Shown here piece by piece: positions 6,558 to 16,200 of a stretch of 64,000 bases of DNA (positions are counted from its first letter, which is position 1; every line of letters begins with the position of its first letter). The notes below the pieces were generated by a model. It was not told where the DNA came from. It ran no database searches and worked only from the letters and a program-made list of their open reading frames with translations. Origin of the DNA: an uncultured Christensenella sp. (GTDB taxonomy: Bacteria > Bacillota > Clostridia > Christensenellales > UBA1242); contig CAZOFH010000005.1 of NCBI GenBank assembly GCA_964579205.1, positions 6,870 to 70,869 of the forward strand, in the 5' to 3' direction. The position numbers and the translations under genes were made by a program.

Positions 6558-7724
6558 TTAATTCGTAGTGATTAGTTTCTTAAAGTCATTGTAATATGTT
6601 TTGCCTGAGTAGTTTGAATCGAGTGATTTTAGCCAAGCCAAGTATTTATCTTGGACGGGCTGGTTTAGGTAGTTATTATAAAAGGTCATAGTATCCATAC
6701 TGCTGACTGACATGCGGATACTCGTCTCGGTATCGGTGATGTCAAAGTAAAGTTTGCTATCCGTACCGCTAGACAAGTCTACATACTGCCCTGGAGAAAT
6801 CGGCGCGCTGACAAAGTAGGTATTGTATCCGCTAGTCGCCGTGCTGTCGCTCGCTTTGATAAAGGTCTGAGGTGCAGAATTTAGAGTGATGTATGTAGTC
6901 CAATTACCGTTTGAGAACACACTATTCTTGGCAGGCTGAGAGCCGCCATTGATAATCTGGATAGCATAGATGACGGTGACATTTGAGTTATTATAAATAG
7001 TGATAGCATTTGACGAAGTAATCGTATCAAATGAGGTGGCAGACGGCATCTTGACTTTGTTGAATGCGAATGAGCCGTCTGACTGCTTGGTCGCTACAAA
7101 CGAGGCATTGGCAGAGGTAGCGCCCGTATCTGTAGATGACCCTGGGATGCGTCTATTGGCGCTGTGCCCTGAGTACATCAATATCAAATCGTTGGCGTCC
7201 ATTGTGCCGCCATTGGTGATATCCACGCCGTCTGTAGTCAGCGTACCCAAGGTACCCACAGTAGCATAAAGGTCACGACTCGACCACTCTACGATAAAAC
7301 CAGCCTCTTTGCCATTACTAGAGGTGGTATCTAGCGCGTATTGTGCTTGCGCCAACTCGACTGAGATATTGCTAGATGTGGCGCCCGTGAGGGAAATCGT
7401 CTTTGAAGAATCGTCGCGCTTTATCACCTTGTAATAATAGTACCAGCCGTTGTCCTGCAAAAACCACTGATTGCTATTGAATGTAACTCCGCTACTCACC
7501 AATGGCGTGGCGCGCAAGACGCAATCCATATCGCTAGTCACGGTAATAGAGCCATTGGCTACTGTCGCACTGAGAGAGCCGACCACACCTACACCCGGCA
7601 CATTCTTTGACTGATTGAGCGCGAGCGAGGCAAATAGTATTGTGCCGGCGAGACACACAGCCAGCAACACGGCGGTCACTACGACAATCAAGACAAACGG
7701 CGTTCTGCGTGCGTTTTTATTCAA
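6558..7724 (-). CDS. Larger secreted protein with a SipW/TasA-style signal (paralog 1, possibly a TapA-like accessory or anchor)
   Basis: TTG start after AGGAGGGGAG. The N-terminus is 'RRTPFVLIVVVTAVLLAVCLAGTILFASLALNQSKN', and the mature part is Ser/Thr/Asn-rich. Confidence 0.55.
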   Translation of the reverse strand: MNKNARRTPFVLIVVVTAVLLAVCLAGTILFASLALNQSKNVPGVGVVGSLSATVANGSITVTSDMDCVLRATPLVSSGVTFNSNQWFLQDNGWYYYYKVIKRDDSSKTISLTGATSSNISVELAQAQYALDTTSSNGKEAGFIVEWSSRDLYATVGTLGTLTTDGVDITNGGTMDANDLILMYSGHSANRRIPGSSTDTGATSANASFVATKQSDGSFAFNKVKMPSATSFDTITSSNAITIYNNSNVTVIYAIQIINGGSQPAKNSVFSNGNWTTYITLNSAPQTFIKASDSTATSGYNTYFVSAPISPGQYVDLSSGTDSKLYFDITDTETSIRMSVSSMDTMTFYNNYLNQPVQDKYLAWLKSLDSNYSGKTYYNDFKKLITTN

Positions 7725-7832
7725 AACTACTCCCCTCCTAAAAATTTTTCTGTAATCATTTTATACTATTTAATCAAAAATGTAAAATTATTTTGTGCAA
7801 AAAATTGATAAATTTGTCAAAAAAGGCAAATT

Positions 7833-8726
7833 TTATCCGTGAAGCATATTTTCAAAGCGGATTTTCTCTTCTTTTTGCTTTGCCAACTGCGCCTGCTCCA
7901 CTGCCAATCGCTCGTATTCGGTCTTTTTGTCCAAAAATTCCTTGAACTCTTGGTCATTGTGCTTTTTCTCGATAAGGGCGCGTGACAAGAGCAGACCTAT
8001 GAGGACACAGATAAACACGGCTAGCACTAGGATAAAGTTGGACTGAACAAACATTATCACATACCCCACAAATGGGATAGCGACTATCATTTTGCCCTGC
8101 ACTGCCTCAAACTTTATGACGTGGCACAAGTTTTGGTCATTGTATCTAGGGTCGTCGCTATTCGAGCCGACCATAATAATTACATCACTGCCGACGCTAC
8201 GCACCTTGTGAATGTAATTATTCGCCCCGTGGGAATAACTCAATATATCCCCTACCTTGATATCCTCAATGCTCGCGACTGGCTGGGTAATGACCATACT
8301 ACCTACGCTAATCTCGTCCTTCATACTGTCGGTCGGCACTAGCCCAATGCGCAAGCCCACTAGCAGCCCTAGAGCCACCATAAACGCTACTATTAACACA
8401 ATGGATAGCAAGAATGTATTGATGACATTGATAACGGTGACCGCTCTACTCGGGATGACCTGACTAAAGAGGTAATTGTCGGTGAATTCGTTCATCTGGC
8501 GGCGTTTGTAATTGCGCAATTTGAGCATTTCGCCGCTAGGTTCGCAGGCTTGGTCATACTGCTCCATTATAGACTGCATTTTGCCCTGAGGAGCGGGTGT
8601 CTTTGGGTCGTACAACACTTCTACTGCGTCAGAGCGTGGCTGCTCGGCATTGAGCATCTCGGTACGAGTGAGGTTTTCGCCATCCTCTACCTGCCGCTGT
8701 TCCTTTTTTTTATTTCCAAAATCCAT
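7833..8726 (-). CDS. sipW: Signal peptidase I of SipW/archaeal type (S26B), with a long N-terminal extension and a C-terminal TM segment plus coiled-coil tail
   Basis: 'VPTDSMKDEISVGSMVITQPV..IKVGDILSY..YIHKVRSV..GSNSDDP..VQGKMIVAIPFVGYV' follows the SipW pattern (SGSMEP..GD..THR..GDNN..G..P.GY) as I remember it. There is no LepB-type Lys box. Confidence 0.7.
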   Translation of the reverse strand: MDFGNKKKEQRQVEDGENLTRTEMLNAEQPRSDAVEVLYDPKTPAPQGKMQSIMEQYDQACEPSGEMLKLRNYKRRQMNEFTDNYLFSQVIPSRAVTVINVINTFLLSIVLIVAFMVALGLLVGLRIGLVPTDSMKDEISVGSMVITQPVASIEDIKVGDILSYSHGANNYIHKVRSVGSDVIIMVGSNSDDPRYNDQNLCHVIKFEAVQGKMIVAIPFVGYVIMFVQSNFILVLAVFICVLIGLLLSRALIEKKHNDQEFKEFLDKKTEYERLAVEQAQLAKQKEEKIRFENMLHG

Positions 8727-8758
8727 ATTTTCTCCTATTTTTACAAGGATTTATTACT

Positions 8759-8787
8759 ATTGTACCAAAACCCGACAAAAAACTCAA
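8759..8787 (-). promoter_or_regulatory. Promoter for the sipW operon (TTGAGT-N17-TGgTACAAT)
   Basis: On the minus strand, TTGAGT lies at 8782-8787 and an extended -10 TGgTACAAT ends at 8759. Confidence 0.45.
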
Positions 8788-9012
8788 ACATTTAACGGCA
8801 TTTTTTATAAATTTTAGTACATTTTTTGAAAATGGTCTGAGTTTTATTTATTTTGTCTTATTTTGCTGGTTTTTATACCCTCGCGCGCGACTATTATATA
8901 TATGAAAGATAGGCTGGCGTCTGAGGCTCGAGGTGGCGGCGCACTGAGGCACGGGAGCGGTGTGGGCTCAGCCCCCTGCTGCATCGACATACTGCGGGAG
9001 AGACTTTCGCTG

Positions 9013-9104
9013 TCTCTTGTCGCTATGTGCAGACTGTTTTGATTTGGGGTTCGCCTACGGCTCACGGATCCCACGCGGTATTGCATACCGCTCTGAATGA
9101 CAAG
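9013..9104. repeat. Intergenic structured repeat, copy D
   Basis: TCTCTTGTCgCTATGTGCAGaC..GGGGTTCG-[CC tac GG]-CTCACGGATCCCAC-[GCGGTAT tgc ATACCGC]-TCTGAATGACAAG. A small hairpin GTAGC-ggt-GCTAC followed by T-rich sequence comes next. Confidence 0.75.
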
Positions 9105-9158
9105 TTTTGTAGCGGTGCTACATTTGATTTGATTGCCGCAAAAATTGGCGTTATTCAC

Positions 9159-9187
9159 TTGCCAAAAAAAAATCGAGGTGTTATAAT
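9159..9187 (+). promoter_or_regulatory. Promoter for ppa-lepB (TTGCCA-N17-TGtTATAAT)
   Basis: TTGCCA at 9159-9164 and TATAAT at 9182-9187, with an upstream TG. Confidence 0.55.
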
Positions 9188-9219
9188 GGTAGTATTAATC
9201 TACAATTAAGGAGAAAATT

Positions 9220-9753
9220 ATGAATATTTGGCACGAAATCGAAAAAACAAGAGTAAAGGCGGACAAATTTGTCGCCGTTATCGAAATCGCTAAGGGCAGC
9301 AAGGTAAAATACGAGTTAGACAAAGAAACTGGGATGATTATGTTTGACAGACTGCTGCACACTAGTATGGTTTACCCCGCAAACTACGGCTTTATCCCTC
9401 GCACTCTCGGTGGCGACGGTGACCCACTAGATGTATTGGTACTGACTACCGAGGCTCTGATGCCCGGCGTTTTGGTCGAGGCGCGTCCTATCGGCGTTAT
9501 CGAGATGATCGACGACGGCGAGGCTGATGAAAAAATCATCGCTGTGGCTACCTCAGACCCATTCTTTACCAATGTAAAGTCACTAGACGACTTGCCAAAG
9601 CACACTTTTGACGAGATGGTGCACTTTTTCGCAAGATACAAAGAACTGCAAAACAAAGTCACCGAAATCAAAGGTGTACATGGTATGGAGGCTGCGCTCA
9701 AGACTGTCAACGACAGTTTGCTCAACTACACTGCGGAATACGACCGTAATTAA
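9220..9753 (+). CDS. ppa: Family I inorganic pyrophosphatase
   Basis: '[56 protein letters not shown]' is a canonical family I PPase sequence. Confidence 0.93.
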   Translation: MNIWHEIEKTRVKADKFVAVIEIAKGSKVKYELDKETGMIMFDRLLHTSMVYPANYGFIPRTLGGDGDPLDVLVLTTEALMPGVLVEARPIGVIEMIDDGEADEKIIAVATSDPFFTNVKSLDDLPKHTFDEMVHFFARYKELQNKVTEIKGVHGMEAALKTVNDSLLNYTAEYDRN

Positions 9754-9769
9754 TTAAATTAGGAGAATT

Positions 9770-10519
9770 ATGCAAAACACTGATGCTAAAAAGGCTCAAT
9801 CGTTGGACGACCCAACGGGGCGTATCTATTATCGCAGAATCGACCTGTTCCACGAGGCACTAGGCACAGTAATACTACTGGTGGTAGTATTTTGTATGTT
9901 TTGCGCGGTTTTTTGGCTAGGTACGCATTATGCAAAGCCTGTACAGGGTGCTAGTATGCAGCCTAATATCAACAATTATGAGACTGCCACGGGAGACATC
10001 GCGATAGTGTCGAGCATTAGCACTTATTCGCACAATAACATCATAATTGTCGATATGTTGCGCTCAAAAAATACCGACCACCTAGTACAAGGCAGGCTAC
10101 TCATCAAACGGGTCATCGCCCTCCCTGGGGATTCACTCAAACTTACTTTGGACGGCTCTAGGTACTATTTTGAACTTAAAAAGAGCGGCACTGAGGAGTT
10201 TATACGGCTGGAAGAGGCTTTTACCAATCCGATGACCAGCGCGGACAGGGCGAACGCGTTTCACTCGCAATCGGGCTGGACGGTGCATATACCTACCAAC
10301 ACGGACGGGTCTATCACCATTCCGCAAAATTTCATCTTTTTCGCTGGAGACAATCGGGACGGGAGTTATGACTGCCGCAACTTTGGCCCTGTGGAGACGG
10401 ATGCTTGTGTAGGCGTGGTGGAGTCGATACTCTACAAGGACAATTTTTGGAACAGGCTGTTTGCCGCGATAAGTTCTATATTCAATGTCCAGCACACAGA
10501 GGCATATATTAGGGATTAG
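9770..10519 (+). CDS. lepB: Signal peptidase I, LepB type (S26A)
   Basis: 'GASMQPNI' (Ser box), 'LIKRVIALPGD' (Lys box) and 'FFAGDNRDGSYDCRNFGPV'. Confidence 0.88.
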   Translation: MQNTDAKKAQSLDDPTGRIYYRRIDLFHEALGTVILLVVVFCMFCAVFWLGTHYAKPVQGASMQPNINNYETATGDIAIVSSISTYSHNNIIIVDMLRSKNTDHLVQGRLLIKRVIALPGDSLKLTLDGSRYYFELKKSGTEEFIRLEEAFTNPMTSADRANAFHSQSGWTVHIPTNTDGSITIPQNFIFFAGDNRDGSYDCRNFGPVETDACVGVVESILYKDNFWNRLFAAISSIFNVQHTEAYIRD

Positions 10520-10702
10520 GATTGTATCCTACCCTTTTTTGTTCCCCTTTTGCCGTACGAGAGCGTCTATAGCTGTCCCAAAATGGCGCGACAGCGGGCA
10601 CAGATAATGGTGGGCGCAAAATTTTCACTTTAATTTTTGACAAAATAATTGCGTTTTGGATAATTTTTTGGTACACTTGACGCAATAAAAGGAGTTTAGC
10701 GA

Positions 10703-12187
10703 ATGGCTTTTTGCAAATTTAGTAGCGAATACATAGCAAAATCTTTCACAATGATAGACAATGTTTTTTTTGCGCGGTATCTCCCTTCTACCCCACCGAA
10801 ACTCACGACAATTTATCTATACGGGCTGTACCTCTGTTCGCTCGAGGGCGATGCGACGCAAAACAACACGGTGGAGAGGTTTGCTGAGGCGCTGGGCTAC
10901 GATGTCGAGGATATCGTCGACGCGTACAACTATTGGGAGGAGCAAGGACTGGTGCGCGTAGTTTCTACCCAGCCAATGCAGGTACAATATCAACCGATTA
11001 GAGGGGCTAGTAGTGCCAACCGCCGCTACTCAAAGGACAAGTACACCAATTTTAATATCGAAATCCAAAAAATCATCAGCGACAGGCAGATTACGCCGAA
11101 TGAATTTGAGGAATACTACGCGCTAATGGAGGGGTTTTGTCTACCAGACGGGCGCAAAATCGACCCTATGGCGCTACTGCTGATAGCGAGATTTTGCACA
11201 CAGATAAAGGGTGCGGGGATAAATTATCGCTATATCACCACGGTCGCAAAGAATTGGGCGTGCGAGGGCTACGTGACGGCGGAGCAGGTCGAGCAAAAAC
11301 TCAGCGCGTACACCACGCAAAATAAGGAAATCACCCAGATTATCAAGGCTTTGGGGAGCAGCAAAAAGCCGAGCGTGGAGGAATACGACTATCTACACAA
11401 ATGGACGCAGCAGATGGAATTCACCGTCAATGTCATCTGTTTCGTCGCCAAATCTATCAAAAAAAGTGCGGGTATTAGCGGCTTTGAAAAACTGGACAAA
11501 AAACTGCAAAAGTACTATGAGGCGCGGATTTTTAGCGAAGAGGAAATCGCCACGTTTGAAGAAAACAAAGACGCGATTTTTTCGCTGGCACGCAGTATCA
11601 ACCGCACTTTGGGGCTATTCTATGACGATGTGAGCAACGAGGTCGAGACCTACATTACCCCGTGGCTAGGTCTCGGGTTTGACGCGGAGACGCTATTGCA
11701 AATTGCCCAAAACTGTTACCTAAAATCAAAGCGCACGCTGGCTGCGCTCAACACCGAGATAAATACCCTATTCGAAAAAGGTATCGTCACTCATGCCGCT
11801 TATACCGAGCATCTCAAAGGTCAAGAGACAACCAAGAGTCATTTGGCCGCCATCCTCAAAAAACTCAATATTGAGCGAAATGTCACAAGCCTAGATATGG
11901 AGTTTTGGCAACGGTGGACGTACACGTGGGGATTTGTGCCTGATGTCATCGATATTGCTGTAATATTCGCCAGCAAACGCGGCGCAAACATAACTTATAT
12001 AAACACCCTCCTCGCCGACTGGCACAGTCAAAACATTCACTCGACTGACGACGCACGAGCAGCACTACAAAAAATCGAAAACGCTGCACCAAAATCGGCA
12101 CAAAATTCCGCAAAAATCAACAAACGTAAGTATTCACAAGAGGAGCAGCAGTCTATCTTTGACAACTTTAACGAAATCGAACTCTAA
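10703..12187 (+). CDS. Replication initiation/membrane attachment protein of the Bacillus DnaB/DnaD family
   Basis: A winged-helix-like N-terminus is followed by about four DnaD-type (DDBH2-like) repeats, for example '..YITTVAKNWACEGYVTAEQVEQ' and '..YINTLLADWHSQNIHSTDDA'. The gene lies directly upstream of dnaI. Confidence 0.7.
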   Translation: MAFCKFSSEYIAKSFTMIDNVFFARYLPSTPPKLTTIYLYGLYLCSLEGDATQNNTVERFAEALGYDVEDIVDAYNYWEEQGLVRVVSTQPMQVQYQPIRGASSANRRYSKDKYTNFNIEIQKIISDRQITPNEFEEYYALMEGFCLPDGRKIDPMALLLIARFCTQIKGAGINYRYITTVAKNWACEGYVTAEQVEQKLSAYTTQNKEITQIIKALGSSKKPSVEEYDYLHKWTQQMEFTVNVICFVAKSIKKSAGISGFEKLDKKLQKYYEARIFSEEEIATFEENKDAIFSLARSINRTLGLFYDDVSNEVETYITPWLGLGFDAETLLQIAQNCYLKSKRTLAALNTEINTLFEKGIVTHAAYTEHLKGQETTKSHLAAILKKLNIERNVTSLDMEFWQRWTYTWGFVPDVIDIAVIFASKRGANITYINTLLADWHSQNIHSTDDARAALQKIENAAPKSAQNSAKINKRKYSQEEQQSIFDNFNEIEL

Positions 12188-12199
12188 AAAGGAGTAAAA

Positions 12200-13129
12200 A
12201 TGAACAAAACTCAAATTATTATCAATGAATTGCAGCAGATAAACACCCACTGCGCTTATGCCGAACTAAAGGCAAAGAACAACCTCAGCATCGCCAGACA
12301 AGACGCGGATTTTGCTGATATTGATGCCAAAATAAGGAAATTGAAACTCGACCTCAGCAAGACAGACGACCTCGCACAAATCAAAAAAATCAACACTTCT
12401 ATCGCCTCACTACAAAAGAAACTGCCGACTATTCTCAGCAAACTCGGGCTCAGCCTAGACAGCCTCACCCCGCAATACGCGTGCCCGATTTGCCACGACA
12501 CAGGATATGACAATGGCAGCCACTGCGCTTGCCTTACCGCAAAAGTAAAGGCAGCGCTAGCCAAGCAATGCGGGCTGCAAAACAACCTGCAATACTCCTT
12601 TGCTACCAGCGACCCAAAACTAGTAGAGAGCGACAGCAGTCTCAAAAAGGCGTATGCGGTAGCGCAAAAATATGTAGCGAATTTCCCCAATTTTAAATAT
12701 CCAAATCTAGTATTCGTCGGCAATGTCGGTGCGGGCAAGACTTATCTCATACAATGCATTGCCAATGCCCTAATCGAGCGCGGCAACTATGTCACATTCT
12801 CCACTGCCTTTGACCTAAACCGCACTATCCAAAACTCATTTGGCACGAATTCGCAAGAGCGCGAAGCGATGCTAGCGCCATTCTTTGAGAGCGACCTACT
12901 GATTATCGACGACCTCGGGAGTGAGCCGATTATCAAAAATGTCACTTTGGAAAATCTATTTTGCGTCATCAACGAGCGCCAATCGCGCAATTTGCCGATA
13001 ATCATCAGTACCAATCTCAATCTCGAGGAATTGCAAGAGCGGTACGGCGACAGGCTAGCGTCACGCATTTTCAACAAACGCATCAATCTCCTCATTCCCT
13101 TTTTGGGCAAAGACCTGCGTGTCAATTAG
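12200..13129 (+). CDS. dnaI: Helicase loader of the DnaI/DnaC family (AAA+)
   Basis: Zn motif 'CPICHDTGY..CAC', Walker A 'GNVGAGKTYL' and Walker B 'LLIIDDLGSE'. Confidence 0.8.
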   Translation: MNKTQIIINELQQINTHCAYAELKAKNNLSIARQDADFADIDAKIRKLKLDLSKTDDLAQIKKINTSIASLQKKLPTILSKLGLSLDSLTPQYACPICHDTGYDNGSHCACLTAKVKAALAKQCGLQNNLQYSFATSDPKLVESDSSLKKAYAVAQKYVANFPNFKYPNLVFVGNVGAGKTYLIQCIANALIERGNYVTFSTAFDLNRTIQNSFGTNSQEREAMLAPFFESDLLIIDDLGSEPIIKNVTLENLFCVINERQSRNLPIIISTNLNLEELQERYGDRLASRIFNKRINLLIPFLGKDLRVN

Positions 13130-13133
13130 TCAA

Positions 13134-13186
13134 ATAAAAAAAGAAGTTTATCCAAGTTTCAGCCCAGATAGACTTCTTTTTTTATT
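13134..13186. terminator. Bidirectional terminator between the convergent dnaI and giant surface protein genes
   Basis: A 12-bp stem AAGAAGTTTATC/GATAGACTTCTT with one G-U pair, flanked by A and T runs. Confidence 0.6.
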
Positions 13187-13210
13187 CAGAGTATTTATCT
13201 AGCCACCTTT

Positions 13211-16200
13211 TTAGGCGTGTTCTGTAGTCCACTCAATCGACCACTCGTACTCTCCTGTCGTCACCTCTACTCGTTTGAAGCGTGGGTATAGCCCTGCGAG
13301 GTTGGTAAATGCAACATTGAGCGAACTGTCATAAACAGCGATTTCGCGGTCATTGATGTGAGCGCTTGACTGCAGTTCTTCTAGAGTCTGATTATTTACA
13401 TCACTATAACTCTTGAGATTGCTCTCAGTAATCGAGTCTGTAGAGCAGTAGTAACTACTAGCAGAAGTAGGTGTACTACCGATAGTCGGATAACTCTTGA
13501 TAAAGTTGGTAGTGATGACAGAGTTGTAGATAACACCAGTACCTGTAGCACCACCACAGATTAGACCTGCATAAATGGTGGTAGGCTCTGTTTCGCCTGT
13601 AGCGGCACTAGTCACATAAAACTCGTTGTAACGGATGATACCCGCGCTAATCGTACTAGCGATATAAGCACCATTTTCTACAAATCCGATGATACCACCG
13701 AGCATCGCTTGTTTTCCGTCCGTAGTAATCGTACCGTAGTTTACAGAGTATGTCGAATATCCATAACCCATCATACCTGTGATACCAGCCGCAGCACTGA
13801 GAGCGTCCTCAGAATTGATATCACTAGAGGTAATCGTACCGTAGTTTTTACACCCGTAATTGTATGAGTAGTATTGTACTGAAGTGTATTTTGCCTCGGT
13901 CAATTCAGATGGCGCATCGTATGCTATACCTATGCTAGCACCCGCGATACCACCAGCAAAAATACCACAGACTGCACCACTATTATTGTTTTCGTCCATT
14001 GCACTAGAACCGTTGACACAGTCGATAACCTTACCATTATTGTTCATACCTACGATACCACCGACAAATAATGTATCGCACGTGTCACTATAAATCTTTA
14101 GGTCGAGCATATTGGTACACTTTTCAATCACTCCGACAAAGCCTTGGTTGTACAAGTGTCGCACGTTCTCGGTACCGTAATTGAGTACTCCTGCCCAAAT
14201 CTTTTGGTCAGATACCACACCAGCGATACCACCGATGCAATAATTGATCGTGGTGCCGTTGATTACTTGAGGCGCTACGAATCTACCACTGACTACATCT
14301 ACACGGTTGCCTGATTCGTTGACTTTCGCATCATCACCTTTGATATGACAGTTGTAGATAACGCCAGCGTTGTTCGATACCAAGATACCGTTGTTTATCG
14401 CACGCAAGCCACTAGCATCCAGAGTGTTTACCTCTACCGTCAGGTTGGTAATGATACCTGAGTAGTTTTGGAATGCGGTATCATCATATTCACTGCCATC
14501 CCCCATAATGATTGGATCGAGTACGGTACCTGTCAATGCGTTCCAGATATACATACCTTGCGACTCAACGACTTGATAATTCTTGATAGCGAATCCAGCA
14601 CCGTCAAAACCACCGCGGAAATTCAAGTTTGTGTACTTTGGCGCTGCACCCGAGTTGTTGTCATAAAATTCTGCTGGGTACATAATGTTGGTAGTCGCTG
14701 CCGAATAAGTCTGCTTTAATTCGTCCAAATCAGGTAGTACAATATCATTTTTGAGTCTAAAGTACTTTTCTGGCAACCAGAAGACATATTGCAGTTGCTC
14801 TACACTAGCCACTACGAATGGGTCGTTTCTAGTACCAGTACCAGATTCAAAGCAGTCGAATACCACTTCGGCGACATCGAGCGCAATGGCTTGACTACCG
14901 AATGCCTTACCTTTGCTATTTACGACAGACATTTCCATATTCCTGAATGTCCCCAACTGCCAGAATGCTGTGCCACCTTTTTGAGAATTCAGATTGAGTT
15001 CGTCATCGAATTTATAGTCTTTTGCATTCAATGGCAACTTCTCAAGTTTTGTCATATTGTTGTTTAGATAGTATTTGATCAAGATGCGGTCAGCCTCGAT
15101 TTTCTCCTCTTGGCTGTTATTGATTATCGAAATGCCACAACCTTCCAAATCCCAAGAAATACGCACTTTACCATTGAGTTGGTCGAGTTTGAATGAGCCA
15201 GCCTTTGGATCATTGAGTTTTCCTGCTGAAAATTCGTACGTGGTACTATTCAAGAATAGAATGCTAGGGTCGGTCTCATTCTTTCTGCTCTCAGCCAATA
15301 TTATATTATTTGCACCAGAACCCTTGATATGTGCCTTGATGTGATAAATGTATGTCGCACCGTCGCTCGATACACTCTCAGGCACGCGAGGCATTGTACA
15401 TTTCTGCTCAGAAAGATTTTCAGTGTCAACAGTCTCAGGCTGCACAATCTCATTCTCACCTAGCGTAATTTCACGCGAAATGCTCAGCTTAAAGTTGACA
15501 TCATTGGCCGTTTGCAGAGTTCTCAGTTCTTCCGTCTCTATCCAAGCGAGCCTTCCGTCCTCGTCAATGTACAGAATCATAGATTCGGCATCCTCACCAC
15601 TACCCATTATCTGAGTCCCGAGGTCAGGCAACTTCATCAGTTTTGTGAGAGGATTAGCGTTCCAATTTGCGTTTACATATCCCTCGATAGCCGTACTACC
15701 TACAGTAGGGATACCTTTTATCCTCACGTACACTTCGTCAATGATTTGACCTTTGAGCCCTACAAAGTCTGCCCCTTCAAAGTCAAATGCACTCTTGTTG
15801 AGGATTACATTCTGATATTCACTCGCACCATTTACCTTGTATTTTAGGTCGTAGTTGTTGAGCAAAATCTCATCTGTCCAAGTAATATTACCGTCAGCCA
15901 CACCCAAGTCTTGGACAGCGCCGCCGTAGATGATTTTGAATGAATTTTGCGCATCACTAGTCAGATAAATCGGATTGGCAGTATTGCCGTACCAATCGTT
16001 ACCGATCGCATACATAGACACGCTGAATTCACCATTATCTGTGCCAAACACATCAGATGCGACAAAGCGATTGGCAGTCTGGTCTGACAAATCAAATTCA
16101 ATCGGGCTAAAGTTTTCTACCGTGGTACCCACGCCACTGATGCTGAGAGCATACTTTGTAGCACCTGTAAATCCTATCCAGTCGCCGCCACCGTCACGGA

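Noticed and set aside
2345-9104. Whether the repeated elements could form a CRISPR array.
   Set aside because: There are only four copies, 60-100 nt long, imperfect and irregularly spaced (about 100 nt to 5.5 kb apart) with genes in between. No cas genes are present.
8844-9158. A 104-aa ORF (minus strand) and the 3248..3583 and 3636..3962 ORFs covering the repeat-containing spacers.
   Set aside because: They span terminators and the structured repeats, have no RBS and give implausible sequences.
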